A DNA stretch of 64,000 bases from Elusimicrobiota bacterium. Lineage in GTDB: Bacteria > Elusimicrobiota > Elusimicrobia > UBA1565. This document shows, piece by piece, positions 8,569 to 18,489 of this stretch (positions within the stretch are counted from its first letter, which is position 1; each line of letters starts with the position of its first letter). The position numbers were made by a program, and so were the translations under genes. Location: contig JBDREN010000126.1 in the NCBI GenBank assembly GCA_043819795.1, positions 8,541 through 72,540 on the forward strand, read 5' to 3'. The notes beneath the pieces are model-generated. The model made no database searches and was not told where the DNA came from. It worked only from the letters and a program-made list of their open reading frames with translations.

Positions 8569-10608
8569 CTACCTCTTGAGACGTTTCGCCTTCTTCTTGC
8601 CCGGCTTCGGCCTCTTCTTGGCCGGCTTGGGCTTCCTCTTGGCCGGTTTGGCCTTCTTCACGGCCTTCTTCGTCTTTTTCCCCGCCGGCCCGGCTTTCCC
8701 AGCCGCCTTCCCCCGCCCGGAAGGCTCCTCTTGCGGGGAAGCCGCCTCCTCGGGCGCGGCCGACTCGGGAGCCGCCTCTTCGGGCGGCGCCTCGTCGCCG
8801 GGGACCGGGACCTCTCCCTCGGCCCCTTCCGGCGTGACGATGATGGAATGGGGGAGCCCTTCCGGCCCGCTCCCGTCCTTGCCCAGGATCTCGTCGGTCT
8901 TCTCGCCGCCCGTCCGCGTCATGGCGATCTGCTGGAGCTGCTTCTTGAGCTTCTCGGCGGCGAGCCTCCCCCCCTTCAGGCGCTTGCACGCCTCGGCCAC
9001 TTCCTCGATATAGAGCTCGAAGATGTTCCGCCGGCGGAACTCGCTCTTCGCCCGTTCCTTGCGCTTGAGAAAGGTCCCGAGCCTGCGTCCGCATTCCCGA
9101 AGGGCCAGCCGTATCTCCTTGCCGATCTCGTCATAATCGGCGATCGCCTCCTTGGACTCGCTCGTGAAGGGCACCCAGACCGACGCCATGTGGATGAAGA
9201 TGACCATGGGCCCCGCGGGGAGCGCCCCTCTCGACTGCGAAACGCCGTAGTTGCGCCAGACGGTCTCGAGCACCGTCCTGAAGGTGGCGCAGCCCGCCTG
9301 CTGATAGAGCAGCGGCACCCGGTTGGCGTAGCGGATGACGCGCGCGAGCTCGCCGCCCTTGTCGTGCCGCTCCCCTTCGGCCAGCGGTATCTTCTTCTTT
9401 TGATCCTCTTTCGCGGACTCCTGATGGCCCTTGCCGAAAGCGATGCCCGCCTCGATAACGAAAGGGTTGCCCCGGTACACCGCCGGCGGGCGGGTCACCG
9501 CCGTGTAGAAGTCCCCCTTGATCTGCTTGTACAGGCCGTGGAGGATCGCCTTCTCCCCGATGGGCGAGATGCAGTTGGTGGGGGGCGCCATGATCTTGGT
9601 GGACTGGATGGCCTTGTACAAATTCTCGGCGTCCTGCCCGTGGATATCCCGCGGCCTCTTCTTGAGGGAAAGCCCCGCCTTCGTGCAGATCTCCTCGGCG
9701 ACCCGCGGCGAGACCCGGCTGAAGTCGCTGCTCAGAAACCCCGAGAGCCAGTGGCTCCGGGTGTCGTGCATCATCTTGAGGAGCATCCCGAGCTCGATCC
9801 CGTAGGGATGCGGCTTGATCTCCCGGGGAGGGACGGGAAGCTCGTTATAGGTGCGGGGGTATTCCTTCGTCTCCCCGTCCGGCGCGACATAGGTCAGCTT
9901 GACGTGCGGGTTGGCGATGGAGGTCTGCTCGATGTACTCGTCCACCGAGGCCCGGCCCTTCTGGTAGCGGCCCTCCAGCTCGATGGAGACCTGGGTGCCG
10001 CGATGGTTCTCCCACTCGATCTGCTTCTTCTCGAGGATCCTGGGCTCGTTCTTCTTGGTGTTGATCTGGACCTCGAAATAGTGGGCGGGCTTATCCTCGC
10101 CGGTCCGCGAGATGATCTGGACGGGCTTCCCCGTCGTGAGCTGGCCGTACATGCCGGCGGCCGAGATGCCGATCCCCTGCTGGCCCCGGCTCATGCGCAG
10201 CCGGTGGAACTTGGACCCGTACAGGAGCTTGGCGAAGATGCGGGGGATCTGCTGGCGCACGATCCCTGGGCCGTAGTCCACCACCGTGACCCGGAAGCGG
10301 CTCGCCTGGCTCGGCGGCGGGGGCGCGTGCCCCGCGCCGGCGACCACCTCCACCTTGACGATCACCTCGGGCAGGAGCCCCGCCTCCTCGCAGGCGTCGA
10401 GCGCGTTGTCCACAGCCTCCTTCACGCAGGTCAGGAGGGCTTTCCGGGGATTGTCGAAGCCCAGGAGGTGCCGGTTCTTGGTGAAGAACTCGGAGACGGA
10501 AATCTCCCTCTGCCGGGCGCCCATCTCGACGGCGGTGAGGGTCGCCGCCGGGCGGGAGCGGCGGGGACTTCCCTTCGGGGATCCGGTCTTCTCTGGGACT
10601 TTTTCCAT
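8569..10608 (-). CDS. top6B: DNA topoisomerase VI subunit B with Lys-rich C-terminal tail
   Basis: 'ISVSEFFTKNRHLLGF', 'KEAVDNALDACE', 'D.GPGI', 'SRGQQGIGIS', 'RYANRVPLLY' and 'VPFTSESKEAIA'. Confidence 0.95.
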   Translation of the reverse strand: MEKVPEKTGSPKGSPRRSRPAATLTAVEMGARQREISVSEFFTKNRHLLGFDNPRKALLTCVKEAVDNALDACEEAGLLPEVIVKVEVVAGAGHAPPPPSQASRFRVTVVDYGPGIVRQQIPRIFAKLLYGSKFHRLRMSRGQQGIGISAAGMYGQLTTGKPVQIISRTGEDKPAHYFEVQINTKKNEPRILEKKQIEWENHRGTQVSIELEGRYQKGRASVDEYIEQTSIANPHVKLTYVAPDGETKEYPRTYNELPVPPREIKPHPYGIELGMLLKMMHDTRSHWLSGFLSSDFSRVSPRVAEEICTKAGLSLKKRPRDIHGQDAENLYKAIQSTKIMAPPTNCISPIGEKAILHGLYKQIKGDFYTAVTRPPAVYRGNPFVIEAGIAFGKGHQESAKEDQKKKIPLAEGERHDKGGELARVIRYANRVPLLYQQAGCATFRTVLETVWRNYGVSQSRGALPAGPMVIFIHMASVWVPFTSESKEAIADYDEIGKEIRLALRECGRRLGTFLKRKERAKSEFRRRNIFELYIEEVAEACKRLKGGRLAAEKLKKQLQQIAMTRTGGEKTDEILGKDGSGPEGLPHSIIVTPEGAEGEVPVPGDEAPPEEAAPESAAPEEAASPQEEPSGRGKAAGKAGPAGKKTKKAVKKAKPAKRKPKPAKKRPKPGKKKAKRLKR

Positions 10609-10762
10609 TCTCCCTTCTCAGCGAATCACGCGCGAGTCTTGAGCTGTGTCCGGGCCATCCATCGACGCGCCGAGGCTCCCGGGATGGGCATGATACAATT
10701 TCTTGCCCGCCCGGCACCGCACATTCGCCACCCGCGTCGGCCGGGAAGGAAGCCCGGGCCGG

Positions 10763-11419
10763 TCACAGCAAGCGCAGCAGATCCTCCGGCCTCTGGATGA
10801 GGGCTTTCGCCCCCTCCGCGAGGAGCTCATCCGCCTTCCTGAAGCCCCACAACGCCCCGACGGCGTACATGCCGGCGCCGACGGCCGTCTTCATGTCGAT
10901 GCCCGTATCCCCGAGGTAGATGAACTCGTCCGGGGGGATCCCCAGCGCGGCGGAGATCTCCATGGCTCCGGAGGGATCGGGCTTAAGGGGCCCTCCGGGC
11001 GCGGCCCCGCGCACTTCGGCGAACTTCCACCCTCCCAGCAGCGCCTCGACCGCCGACCGGGTGTTGTTTTCCGGCTTGTTCGAGAGGATCGCCATGCGGA
11101 GCCCGCGCTTCGACAAGGCGTCCAACAGCTTCGGAACGCCCGCGTACGGCCTTGTCTTATCCTTCCATCGCCTGCCGTATTCCTCGCGCATCGCCCCCAG
11201 CTGCGTCTCGATCCCCGCGTCGTCCCGCCGATCCTCCGGCAGGGCCCGCAGTACCAGGGCGCGTATCCCGTCGCCCACGAAGTACTTATAGGCCTCCAGC
11301 GGGTGCTCGGGATACCCCGCCCGCCTCAGCACGGCGTTCATCGAATCCGCGATATCATCGAGCGTGTCGAGCAGCGTCCCATCCAGATCGAAAAGCACGG
11401 CCCTGAATCCTTTTCCCAT
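10763..11419 (-). CDS. HAD hydrolase, phosphoglycolate phosphatase-like
   Basis: 'FDLDGTLLDT', 'LSNK', 'KPDP' and 'YLGDTGIDM.TA..AGM'. Confidence 0.9.
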   Translation of the reverse strand: MGKGFRAVLFDLDGTLLDTLDDIADSMNAVLRRAGYPEHPLEAYKYFVGDGIRALVLRALPEDRRDDAGIETQLGAMREEYGRRWKDKTRPYAGVPKLLDALSKRGLRMAILSNKPENNTRSAVEALLGGWKFAEVRGAAPGGPLKPDPSGAMEISAALGIPPDEFIYLGDTGIDMKTAVGAGMYAVGALWGFRKADELLAEGAKALIQRPEDLLRLL

Positions 11420-11589
11420 GCGACTAATCTAAACGCTCGTGAAGCCCGCGTCAAGGGCCCCAGTCAGCGCCGGTCGCGCGGAGCGCCGACCGGTCGCTTA
11501 CACCCCTGGGTTATCAAGGTCTCGCCCGCCGAAGGCGGGCCGGGTTTCTTGATTTGAATCCCTAGGCGACTTCATCGTAGACTATTCAG

Positions 11590-12369
11590 ATGATGATCCG
11601 AACTTCCCTTATCGTCGCCCTTTTCGCCGTCCCCGCCGCCCCCGCGCGCGCGGGCTTCGAGTCCGCCTTCCCCTCCACCGTGGAGGGCTTGGTCATTCCG
11701 AACGCGCACGACCTGAAGCTGGAGTCCAAGGGACGGGTCATCCGCGGCATGGCCCCCCGCCATGAGCAGGACATCCGCGATCTCATCGCCCTCGGCGTCG
11801 AGGATATCCTCGCCTTCAAGCAGGCGTGGAAGGACGAGGTCAACGAGGGCATCGCGCTCTTGAAGGAGATGGGATACAAGGAAGACCGGCTCCATCATAT
11901 CCCCTTCCGCTGGAAGTACTTCGAAAGCTTCCAGAAGCCGTGCCGTCAGACGCTGGAGGCGGTGAAGATCCTCCGCGACGCCGAGCGCGACGGCCGCACC
12001 GTCTTCTTCCATTGCACCGTGGGGGAGGACCGCACGGGCTACCTCGCCGCCGTATACCGCCTGCTCGCGCAGGGCAGGACGGCGGAAGACGTCTTCCAAA
12101 ACGAGATGTGCCTCCACGGCTACGGCGCGGGCAATCCGCAGAAGCCCGTAGAAAGGGTCGTTCTCAAGATCCGCCGGGAATTGACCCCGCTCTACCTGAA
12201 GATGGCGTACCTGGTCTCGATCGGCGCCGTAACGCTGGACAATCTGGACGGATCGGCCTGCGCCGCGGAGCCGAGCGAGGCGGCGGTCGGCTCGCTCTTC
12301 GACGAGAAGGATTTTCGCTGCGAGACGTCCCCGCGCTACCCCTTCGACGCGCCTCCCATGGCCCGCTAG
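11590..12369 (+). CDS. Secreted protein-tyrosine/dual-specificity phosphatase-fold protein
   Basis: Signal peptide ending 'PARA' and P-loop 'FFHCTVGEDRTG' (CX5R). Confidence 0.8.
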   Translation: MMIRTSLIVALFAVPAAPARAGFESAFPSTVEGLVIPNAHDLKLESKGRVIRGMAPRHEQDIRDLIALGVEDILAFKQAWKDEVNEGIALLKEMGYKEDRLHHIPFRWKYFESFQKPCRQTLEAVKILRDAERDGRTVFFHCTVGEDRTGYLAAVYRLLAQGRTAEDVFQNEMCLHGYGAGNPQKPVERVVLKIRRELTPLYLKMAYLVSIGAVTLDNLDGSACAAEPSEAAVGSLFDEKDFRCETSPRYPFDAPPMAR

Positions 12370-13535
12370 CGGGCCGGGACGTAGAGGTCCCTCCGCTCCC
12401 TCAAGGCGTCCAGGACCGCGTCCGCGTACAGGGCGAAGCTGTAGTCTTTCGCCGTGTGGGATTTGGTCATGACGCCGCAGAGCCTGCCGTACGCGTCCAC
12501 GAGCGGCCCGCCGCTGCTGCCCGAAGCGGTCGTCGCGTCGGTCTGCAGGTAGTCGTCACGCAGGGCGGAGACGACCCCCGCGGTGAAGGAGTGCTTGAGC
12601 CCCATGGGGCTGCCCAAAGCGTAGACGGGCTGCCCGACCTCCATCTCCCCCCTTAACGACAAGGGCAGGGGCCGCGCGGGCCGATCCGCCCAGTCCACGG
12701 AGAGGATCGCCAGGTCGTGCTTCCGGGAGTGGAAGTCGAGCCGGGCGTCGAGGCCCGGCCCGGAGCGCCGCTGGACGCGGTAGCCGATGCGCCGCCCCCG
12801 CTTGACGCGCTTGTAGACCACGTGCTTGTTCGTCAGCACGTAGGCGACGCCGGCGCGGTCCAGGCCGATGACGGAGCCGGAGCCGCCGCCGATCTCCTTG
12901 CCGTCCACCAGCACGTCGACGGTGACGACGCTGTCGCGCGCCAGCCGGTACACCCACTCCGCCTCGTGAGCGGCCGGCAAGCCTTCGCGCCCGGGCCCCG
13001 GCGGGGCGATAAGAATCTCCCGGGCGGTGCTCGACTCCTCGGGATATTCCGTCCCCGGCTGCGCGCCGAGATACGCCAGGCCGGCGAGAACCGCCGCGCA
13101 GACTCCCAGGCCCAGGATCGGCTTCCAGCGGATCACCTTCACCTTCTCGAAGCGGGCGAGACGCGCCAGGCGCGCCCAGTACTCCCAGAGCCCGATCCCG
13201 CACGCCTTGCGCAGGCGGCCGAGGAACCGGAAATCGGGCTTCTGCAGGGCTCTGTCGCTCTTGAGGACGGCCAGGCATTCCTCGAAGACGCGGCGCTTGC
13301 CCTCTTCGTCGAGAGATTCGATCTCGGACAAGACGATGGCCGGCTTGACCTCCTTGAGAGCCTCCCTGCGCAGGAGCTGCCTCTCGGCCTCGTCGCCGCC
13401 CAACTGCTCGATGAGCCCCAAGAGGTGCCGCCGCTCGTCCGCCGACATCGCCTGGTCCGACCAGACCGCGGCCAGGCACGCCCGGAACACGAGGACCTTG
13501 AACTGGGCATCTCCCGCGACCCGCATCCGATTCAT
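12366..13535 (-). CDS. TerB-like domain + TM + trypsin-like (S1C) serine protease
   Basis: N-terminal 'AAVWSDQAMSADER...SDRALQKPD..FL..L'. Catalytic triad 'TNKHVV', 'HDLAIL', 'GSSGGPLV'. ATG at 13535 overlaps the ABC-F stop. Confidence 0.8.
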   Translation of the reverse strand: MNRMRVAGDAQFKVLVFRACLAAVWSDQAMSADERRHLLGLIEQLGGDEAERQLLRREALKEVKPAIVLSEIESLDEEGKRRVFEECLAVLKSDRALQKPDFRFLGRLRKACGIGLWEYWARLARLARFEKVKVIRWKPILGLGVCAAVLAGLAYLGAQPGTEYPEESSTAREILIAPPGPGREGLPAAHEAEWVYRLARDSVVTVDVLVDGKEIGGGSGSVIGLDRAGVAYVLTNKHVVYKRVKRGRRIGYRVQRRSGPGLDARLDFHSRKHDLAILSVDWADRPARPLPLSLRGEMEVGQPVYALGSPMGLKHSFTAGVVSALRDDYLQTDATTASGSSGGPLVDAYGRLCGVMTKSHTAKDYSFALYADAVLDALRERRDLYVPAR

Positions 13536-15298
13536 CCCTCCCGCTCCAGCTCCTTCCACTTGGCCTGGATCTCGCTCTGCAGGGCCTCCATCTCGCCTCC
13601 GATGGCGCGGACCTTGGCGTAATCGCCGTATATGGCCGGGTCCGCCAGGTCCCGGGCAAGGTCGTCGAGCCTGGACTGAGCCTTCTCTATCCGCTTGCGC
13701 AGGCGCTCGGCGCCGCGGGCTCTCTCCCGTTCGGACGCGCGCAGACGCCTCTCTTCCGCTTTCGAAACGCCCTTCTTCTTATGGGGCTCCGGGGAAGGCG
13801 TCGCGACGGCCTCGGCGGCCTTCTGCCCCTGGCGCCTCAGGAAGTACTCGTAGTTGCCCGGGAAGACAGTGATGTTCCCCTGGTCGACGTGCACGATGTG
13901 ATCGGCCAGCGTGTTGATGAAGTAGAGATCGTGCGTAATGAAACAGATGGTGCCCTCGAACGCCTTGAGGGCGCCGATCAATGCCTCCACGCTGGGCATG
14001 TCGAGGTGGGTGGTGGGCTCGTCCATAAGAAGGACGTTGGGGGGATCCAGCAGCAGCTTGACCAAGGCCAGCCGGCTCTTCTCCCCGCCGCTCAGGACCG
14101 ACACCCTCTTGAAGACCGCGTCCCCCGGGAAGAGGAAGGTCCCCAGGACCGTGCGGACGAACTCCTCGGAATGCGCCTTGCCCGCTTTCGCCGCCTCCTC
14201 GAGCACGGTCTTCTCCGAGTCCAGCTGCCCGTCCCGATGCTGGGAGAAGTAGCCGGTCTTGACTTCCATGCCCAGCACGCGCTCGCCCGCGTCCACGGGC
14301 AGGACCCCGGCGAGGACCTTCAGGAGAGTGGACTTGCCCGCCCCGTTGTGCCCCACGAAGGCCATCTTCCAGCCGCGCTCCAGCTCGAAATCAACGCCTC
14401 GGTACACCTTGACTTCGCCATAGGACTTGTGGACGTCCTTGAGCTGAAGCACGCGCACGCCCGCGCGGGAGGGCTGCGGAAAACGGATCTTGACCTCTTT
14501 CCCGTCGGGCGGGAGCTCGATGCGCTCGATCTTCTCCAGGCGCTTGATCATGCTCTGCGCGCGGCTGGCCGTGGACGCGCGCGCGCGGTTGCGGTCGATG
14601 AAGTCCTGCATGTGCGCAATCTCGTCTTGCTGGCGCTTGTGCGCGGCCAAAAGGCGCTCCTTCTCGGCCTCCCGCTCGGCCACGTAGGCCTCGTAGTCGC
14701 CGCGGTAGACCTTGAGCCCGTGGTCCTGCACGCTCACCACGGCGCGGCATACCGCGTTGATGAAGCTGCGGTCGTGGGAGATCACGAAGATCGCGCCCCG
14801 GTAGCCCCGCAGGTATTCCTGGAGCCACAGAAGCGCCTCGAGGTCCAGATGGTTGGTGGGCTCGTCGAGCAGAAGCAGGTCCGGCTCCTGGATGAGCAGG
14901 CGCGCCATGGCCACGCGCATGGCCCAGCCGCCGCTCAGAGAGCTGAGCTTCCGCTCGAACTCTTCGACGCTAAAGCCCAGCCCCATGAGCACCGACTTGG
15001 CCTTGGCCACGACCCGGCCGTCCGGGCACGGGAAAGAATCCAGGGCCTCGTCGAGCACCGCGCGCTCGGAGACCGGGGCGTTCTCCTGAGGGAGGTAGCC
15101 CGCGACCACCCCCCTCTTGACCTGGATCTCGCCCCCGTCGGGCTCGACCTCGCCGAGGAGCATCCTAAACAAAGTGGACTTGCCCGAGCCGTTGGGCCCC
15201 ACCAGGGCGTAGCGGTCCCGCGCGTTGATCTGCAGCGAGACCCCGTCGAAGAGCTCCTGCCTGGCGAAAGACTTGTGTACCTCGCGGACCGTGATCAT
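13532..15298 (-). CDS. ABC-F family ATPase (two NBDs, no TM, C-terminal coiled coil)
   Basis: 'GPNGSGKST', 'LSGGW', 'LLLDEPTNHLD', then 'GHNGAGKST', 'LSGGEKSR', 'DEPTTHLD'. Confidence 0.93.
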   Translation of the reverse strand: MITVREVHKSFARQELFDGVSLQINARDRYALVGPNGSGKSTLFRMLLGEVEPDGGEIQVKRGVVAGYLPQENAPVSERAVLDEALDSFPCPDGRVVAKAKSVLMGLGFSVEEFERKLSSLSGGWAMRVAMARLLIQEPDLLLLDEPTNHLDLEALLWLQEYLRGYRGAIFVISHDRSFINAVCRAVVSVQDHGLKVYRGDYEAYVAEREAEKERLLAAHKRQQDEIAHMQDFIDRNRARASTASRAQSMIKRLEKIERIELPPDGKEVKIRFPQPSRAGVRVLQLKDVHKSYGEVKVYRGVDFELERGWKMAFVGHNGAGKSTLLKVLAGVLPVDAGERVLGMEVKTGYFSQHRDGQLDSEKTVLEEAAKAGKAHSEEFVRTVLGTFLFPGDAVFKRVSVLSGGEKSRLALVKLLLDPPNVLLMDEPTTHLDMPSVEALIGALKAFEGTICFITHDLYFINTLADHIVHVDQGNITVFPGNYEYFLRRQGQKAAEAVATPSPEPHKKKGVSKAEERRLRASERERARGAERLRKRIEKAQSRLDDLARDLADPAIYGDYAKVRAIGGEMEALQSEIQAKWKELEREG

Positions 15299-15617
15299 AG
15301 GGATCGGACAGCGGCGCCGGCCGTCCTAATCATGCGCGGCGGGAGAAACGCGCCTCGGATATCCCGCCGTGCGCGCCGGCCTGTAGATGGTATTAAATTG
15401 GCCGGCTCCTTCGACCGCCGGGAGACCGCCTTTCCATAACGCCAGAAGGACACTATGATATGTCGGTCATGACGGGACAGGAAGGCGGCAGCGCGTCCAG
15501 GAGCGTGCCCGGACATCTCTGCGGGAAAAGATCGAGCGGCTCGAAACGCGGTAGGCGTCCGCGTGCCTCTTGCGAAGAGGTCCCCCGCACAACGACTCGG
15601 ACGCGCCCTTAGGCGGG

Positions 15618-16559
15618 CTACTTCAAGTTTCTCTTGATCTCCTGGATCAGCGGCCGCACGGTCTTCTCCAGCTTGGGGGCCAGCTCGACGGCCTTGAGCG
15701 CGTCGTCGAGCGCGGCTTGGTAGTCCTGCGTCCAATAGCGGGCCCCGGCCCGCGTCGCGTAGATCTCGGCCTGTCCGGGGTTCAGGGCGATGGCGTGATC
15801 GAGGTCTTTGATCGCTTCCTTATAGCGCCCGAGAGCGGACAAGCACACCCCGCGGTTGCCGTAGACGCCGGGCACGTCCGGGTCCGATCCTATGGCTTGG
15901 TCCAAATGCCGGAGGCAGTCGTCGAATCGCTGGCGCAGGAGGGCGACCGAAGCCAGTTCCGCGTGGGCCAAGGCGTTCTTGGGGTCCAGCTTGAGCGCCG
16001 TCTCGAGGTCTTTGCCCGCGCCGTCCGCTTCCTTGGCCTCGATCCTCTGCTGCCCCCTCTTTAGGAAAGCTTTGCCCAGGGCCTTCCCGAGCAGGGGCTT
16101 GAGCGCGGGCTCCCGATCCATGGCCGCCGCGTAGTCCTGAAGGGCCTTCTCGAGTTCCCCGAGACCGAGGAAGGCCGTGCCGCGGTTGGCGAGAGCGCGC
16201 GGGTTGTCCGGCACATGCCCAAGGGAATCGTCGAAACGGCGGACAGCTTCATCATATCGCAGTTCGCGGAGCAGGTCCAACCCCTGGCCGTCCAACCGGT
16301 TGACCTCGGAGGGCAGCGCCCGGGCTCCGGCCGCCGGCTCCACGTCCAAGACCTTGAGCAGCCTGTAGCCGTCCTCCTCTCCGCGGGGGGCCTCCTGCCT
16401 TAGAACGGCGACCTTGAGCTCGTCGGAAGACAAGGTCCGCGAGCTCCATACCCACAACAACGCCAAGCCGGCCGCCGCGAGCAGCGCCGCGGCCGCCCAA
16501 ACGTGGGCGGTACGGACCGCCCCGCTCTCGCCTCGCGGATATCCTAGATTGATGCCCAT
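15618..16559 (-). CDS. Membrane-anchored TPR protein
   Basis: N-terminal TM followed by multiple TPR motifs ('ALANRGTAFLGLGE..KAL.DY', 'YGNRGVCLSALGRYKEAIKD'). Confidence 0.85.
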   Translation of the reverse strand: MGINLGYPRGESGAVRTAHVWAAAALLAAAGLALLWVWSSRTLSSDELKVAVLRQEAPRGEEDGYRLLKVLDVEPAAGARALPSEVNRLDGQGLDLLRELRYDEAVRRFDDSLGHVPDNPRALANRGTAFLGLGELEKALQDYAAAMDREPALKPLLGKALGKAFLKRGQQRIEAKEADGAGKDLETALKLDPKNALAHAELASVALLRQRFDDCLRHLDQAIGSDPDVPGVYGNRGVCLSALGRYKEAIKDLDHAIALNPGQAEIYATRAGARYWTQDYQAALDDALKAVELAPKLEKTVRPLIQEIKRNLK

Positions 16560-16692
16560 CGCAGCCTATGTAAGCAAATTCTCCCTTCCAAGAGACAGCC
16601 GCGAGACCGGCCCGCCCGCGGCGCCGGTGGTTCTCTTGGCGCGTCTCTTTTACGTATCATGTGCTGGCGCGGACATCTCCGGAGGGCCATCC

Positions 16693-18363
16693 ATGAGACT
16701 CGTCGAATGCGTACCCAATTTCAGCGAAGGCCGGGACAGAAAGGTGATCGACGCGATCGCGGACGCCATCCGGTCCGTCCCCGGGGTGAGGGTGCTCGAC
16801 GTCGATCCGGGAGCCGCCACCAACCGGACCGTCTACACGTTCGCCGGCCCTCCCGAAGAAACGCTTGAGGCGGCCTTCTCGGCCATCCGCGCGGGCGCGG
16901 AGCTCATCGACATGCGCCGGCACAAGGGGGAGCACGCCCGCCAGGGCGCGTGCGACGTCTGTCCCTTCGTCCCGATCTCCGGGGTCACGATGGCCGAGTG
17001 CGTGGAGCTGGCCAAGCGCCTCGGCGCGCGCGTCGGGAGTGAGCTCAAGATCCCCGTCTACCTCTACGCCGAAGCCGCGGCCAAGCCCGAGCGCAGACGC
17101 CTGCCCGACATCAGGACCGGGGAGTACGAGGCCCTGAAGGAGAAGCTCGCCAAGCCCGAGTGGAAGCCCGACTTCGGGCCCGCGGAACTCAACGCCAAGG
17201 CGGGGGCGACCGCCATCGGAGCCCGCAACTTCCTGATCGCCTACAACGTCAACATCAACAGCACCAGCGTGAAGCTGGCCAAGAGGATCGCCTTCGAGAT
17301 CCGGGAGACGGGCAAGCTCAAGCGCGACGCCGAGGGGAACCAGGTCATCGGACCCGACGGGAAGCCGGAGCGGGTGCCGGGCATATTCAAGAGCGTCCAG
17401 GGCACGGGCTGGCTCATCCCGGAGTACAACCGGGCCCAGGTGACGGTCAACATACTCGACATCGACGCCTCGCCCCCGCACAAGGTGTTCGACGCCTGCC
17501 GCGAGCTGGCGGCCACGCTCGGCTGCCGCGTCACCGGAAGCGAGATCGTGGGCATGGTCCCAAAGCGGGTGCTCACGGAGGCCGGCCGCTACTTCCTCAA
17601 GAAGCAGGACTCCACCACCGGTGTCTCAGAGGACGAAATCATCCGCGCCGCCGTCATGTCCCTCGGGCTCGCCGACGTGGCGCCATTCGACCCTATGAAA
17701 AAGATCATCGAGAACAGGTTCCAGGAGGAGGCGCCTCTCGCCTCCATGACGCTCAAGGCGTTCGCCGACGAGCTCGCCTCCAAGTCGCCCGCCCCGGGCG
17801 GAGGCTCGGCCGCCGCCCTGGCGGGCGCGCTCGCCGCGGGGCTCGCCTCCATGGTGGCCGCGCTTACCTTCGACAAAAAGGGCTTCGAAGGTGTCCGCGG
17901 AGACATGGCGCGCGTCGGCGATCGGTCGCAGGAGCTCAAGGACCTGCTCGTGGCCGCGATCGACCGCGACGCGGCCGCGTTCAACAAGGTCATGGAATGC
18001 ATGGGGCTCCCCAAGAATACCCCCGACCAGCAGGCCGCCCGCCGGAAGGCGGTCCAAGAAGCCTCCAAGCAGGCCACCCTCGTGCCTCTCGATACCCTAG
18101 CGAGCGTCCTCCCCATCCTGGAATGCGCGAAGACCGCCGCCGAGAAGGGCAACCCGAGCTCCCTCTCCGACGCGGGGGTGGCGGCATCCATGGGCCGCGC
18201 CGCCGCTTACGGCGCGTACTCCAACGTGATCATCAACCTGGCCGGCATCGAGGACGAGAAGTGGCGCGACGAGGTCCGCTCCAAGGCCGACAAGCTTCTC
18301 GCCGAAGCCAAGCGCGAGGCCGAGAATATAGAGGAAGGCGTCCTCGCTAAGCTCCGCTCCTGA
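16693..18363 (+). CDS. ftcd: Bifunctional glutamate formiminotransferase / formiminotetrahydrofolate cyclodeaminase
   Basis: 'LVECVPNFSEGRD', 'HKGEH.R.GA.DVCPFVP' and 'GAR.FLIAYNVN'; C-terminal 'SPAPGGGSAAA' and 'GNP..LSDAGVA'. GGAGG SD. Confidence 0.93.
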   Translation: MRLVECVPNFSEGRDRKVIDAIADAIRSVPGVRVLDVDPGAATNRTVYTFAGPPEETLEAAFSAIRAGAELIDMRRHKGEHARQGACDVCPFVPISGVTMAECVELAKRLGARVGSELKIPVYLYAEAAAKPERRRLPDIRTGEYEALKEKLAKPEWKPDFGPAELNAKAGATAIGARNFLIAYNVNINSTSVKLAKRIAFEIRETGKLKRDAEGNQVIGPDGKPERVPGIFKSVQGTGWLIPEYNRAQVTVNILDIDASPPHKVFDACRELAATLGCRVTGSEIVGMVPKRVLTEAGRYFLKKQDSTTGVSEDEIIRAAVMSLGLADVAPFDPMKKIIENRFQEEAPLASMTLKAFADELASKSPAPGGGSAAALAGALAAGLASMVAALTFDKKGFEGVRGDMARVGDRSQELKDLLVAAIDRDAAAFNKVMECMGLPKNTPDQQAARRKAVQEASKQATLVPLDTLASVLPILECAKTAAEKGNPSSLSDAGVAASMGRAAAYGAYSNVIINLAGIEDEKWRDEVRSKADKLLAEAKREAENIEEGVLAKLRS

Positions 18364-18489
18364 GCCGCCGGGGGAGCCTTTTTATCTCAAGACCGATACG
18401 ATGAGACCGCGGTCATATCGGACGTGACACGCCGGTTCATCGAGAGCAAAGACCGGCGGGCCGTGCCCCCTGCTCCAGGAGACCCGCCG

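Noticed and set aside
8317..10800. 827-aa plus-strand ORF, and similar long antisense ORFs (13781-15439, 33046-34854, 35519-37387, 60884-63178)
   Set aside because: Antisense shadows of well-supported genes, expected at high GC3.
15299..15617. Attenuator or leader peptide upstream of ABC-F (antibiotic-resistance type)
   Set aside because: No convincing uORF-terminator arrangement seen, and the protein looks like a housekeeping ABC-F.
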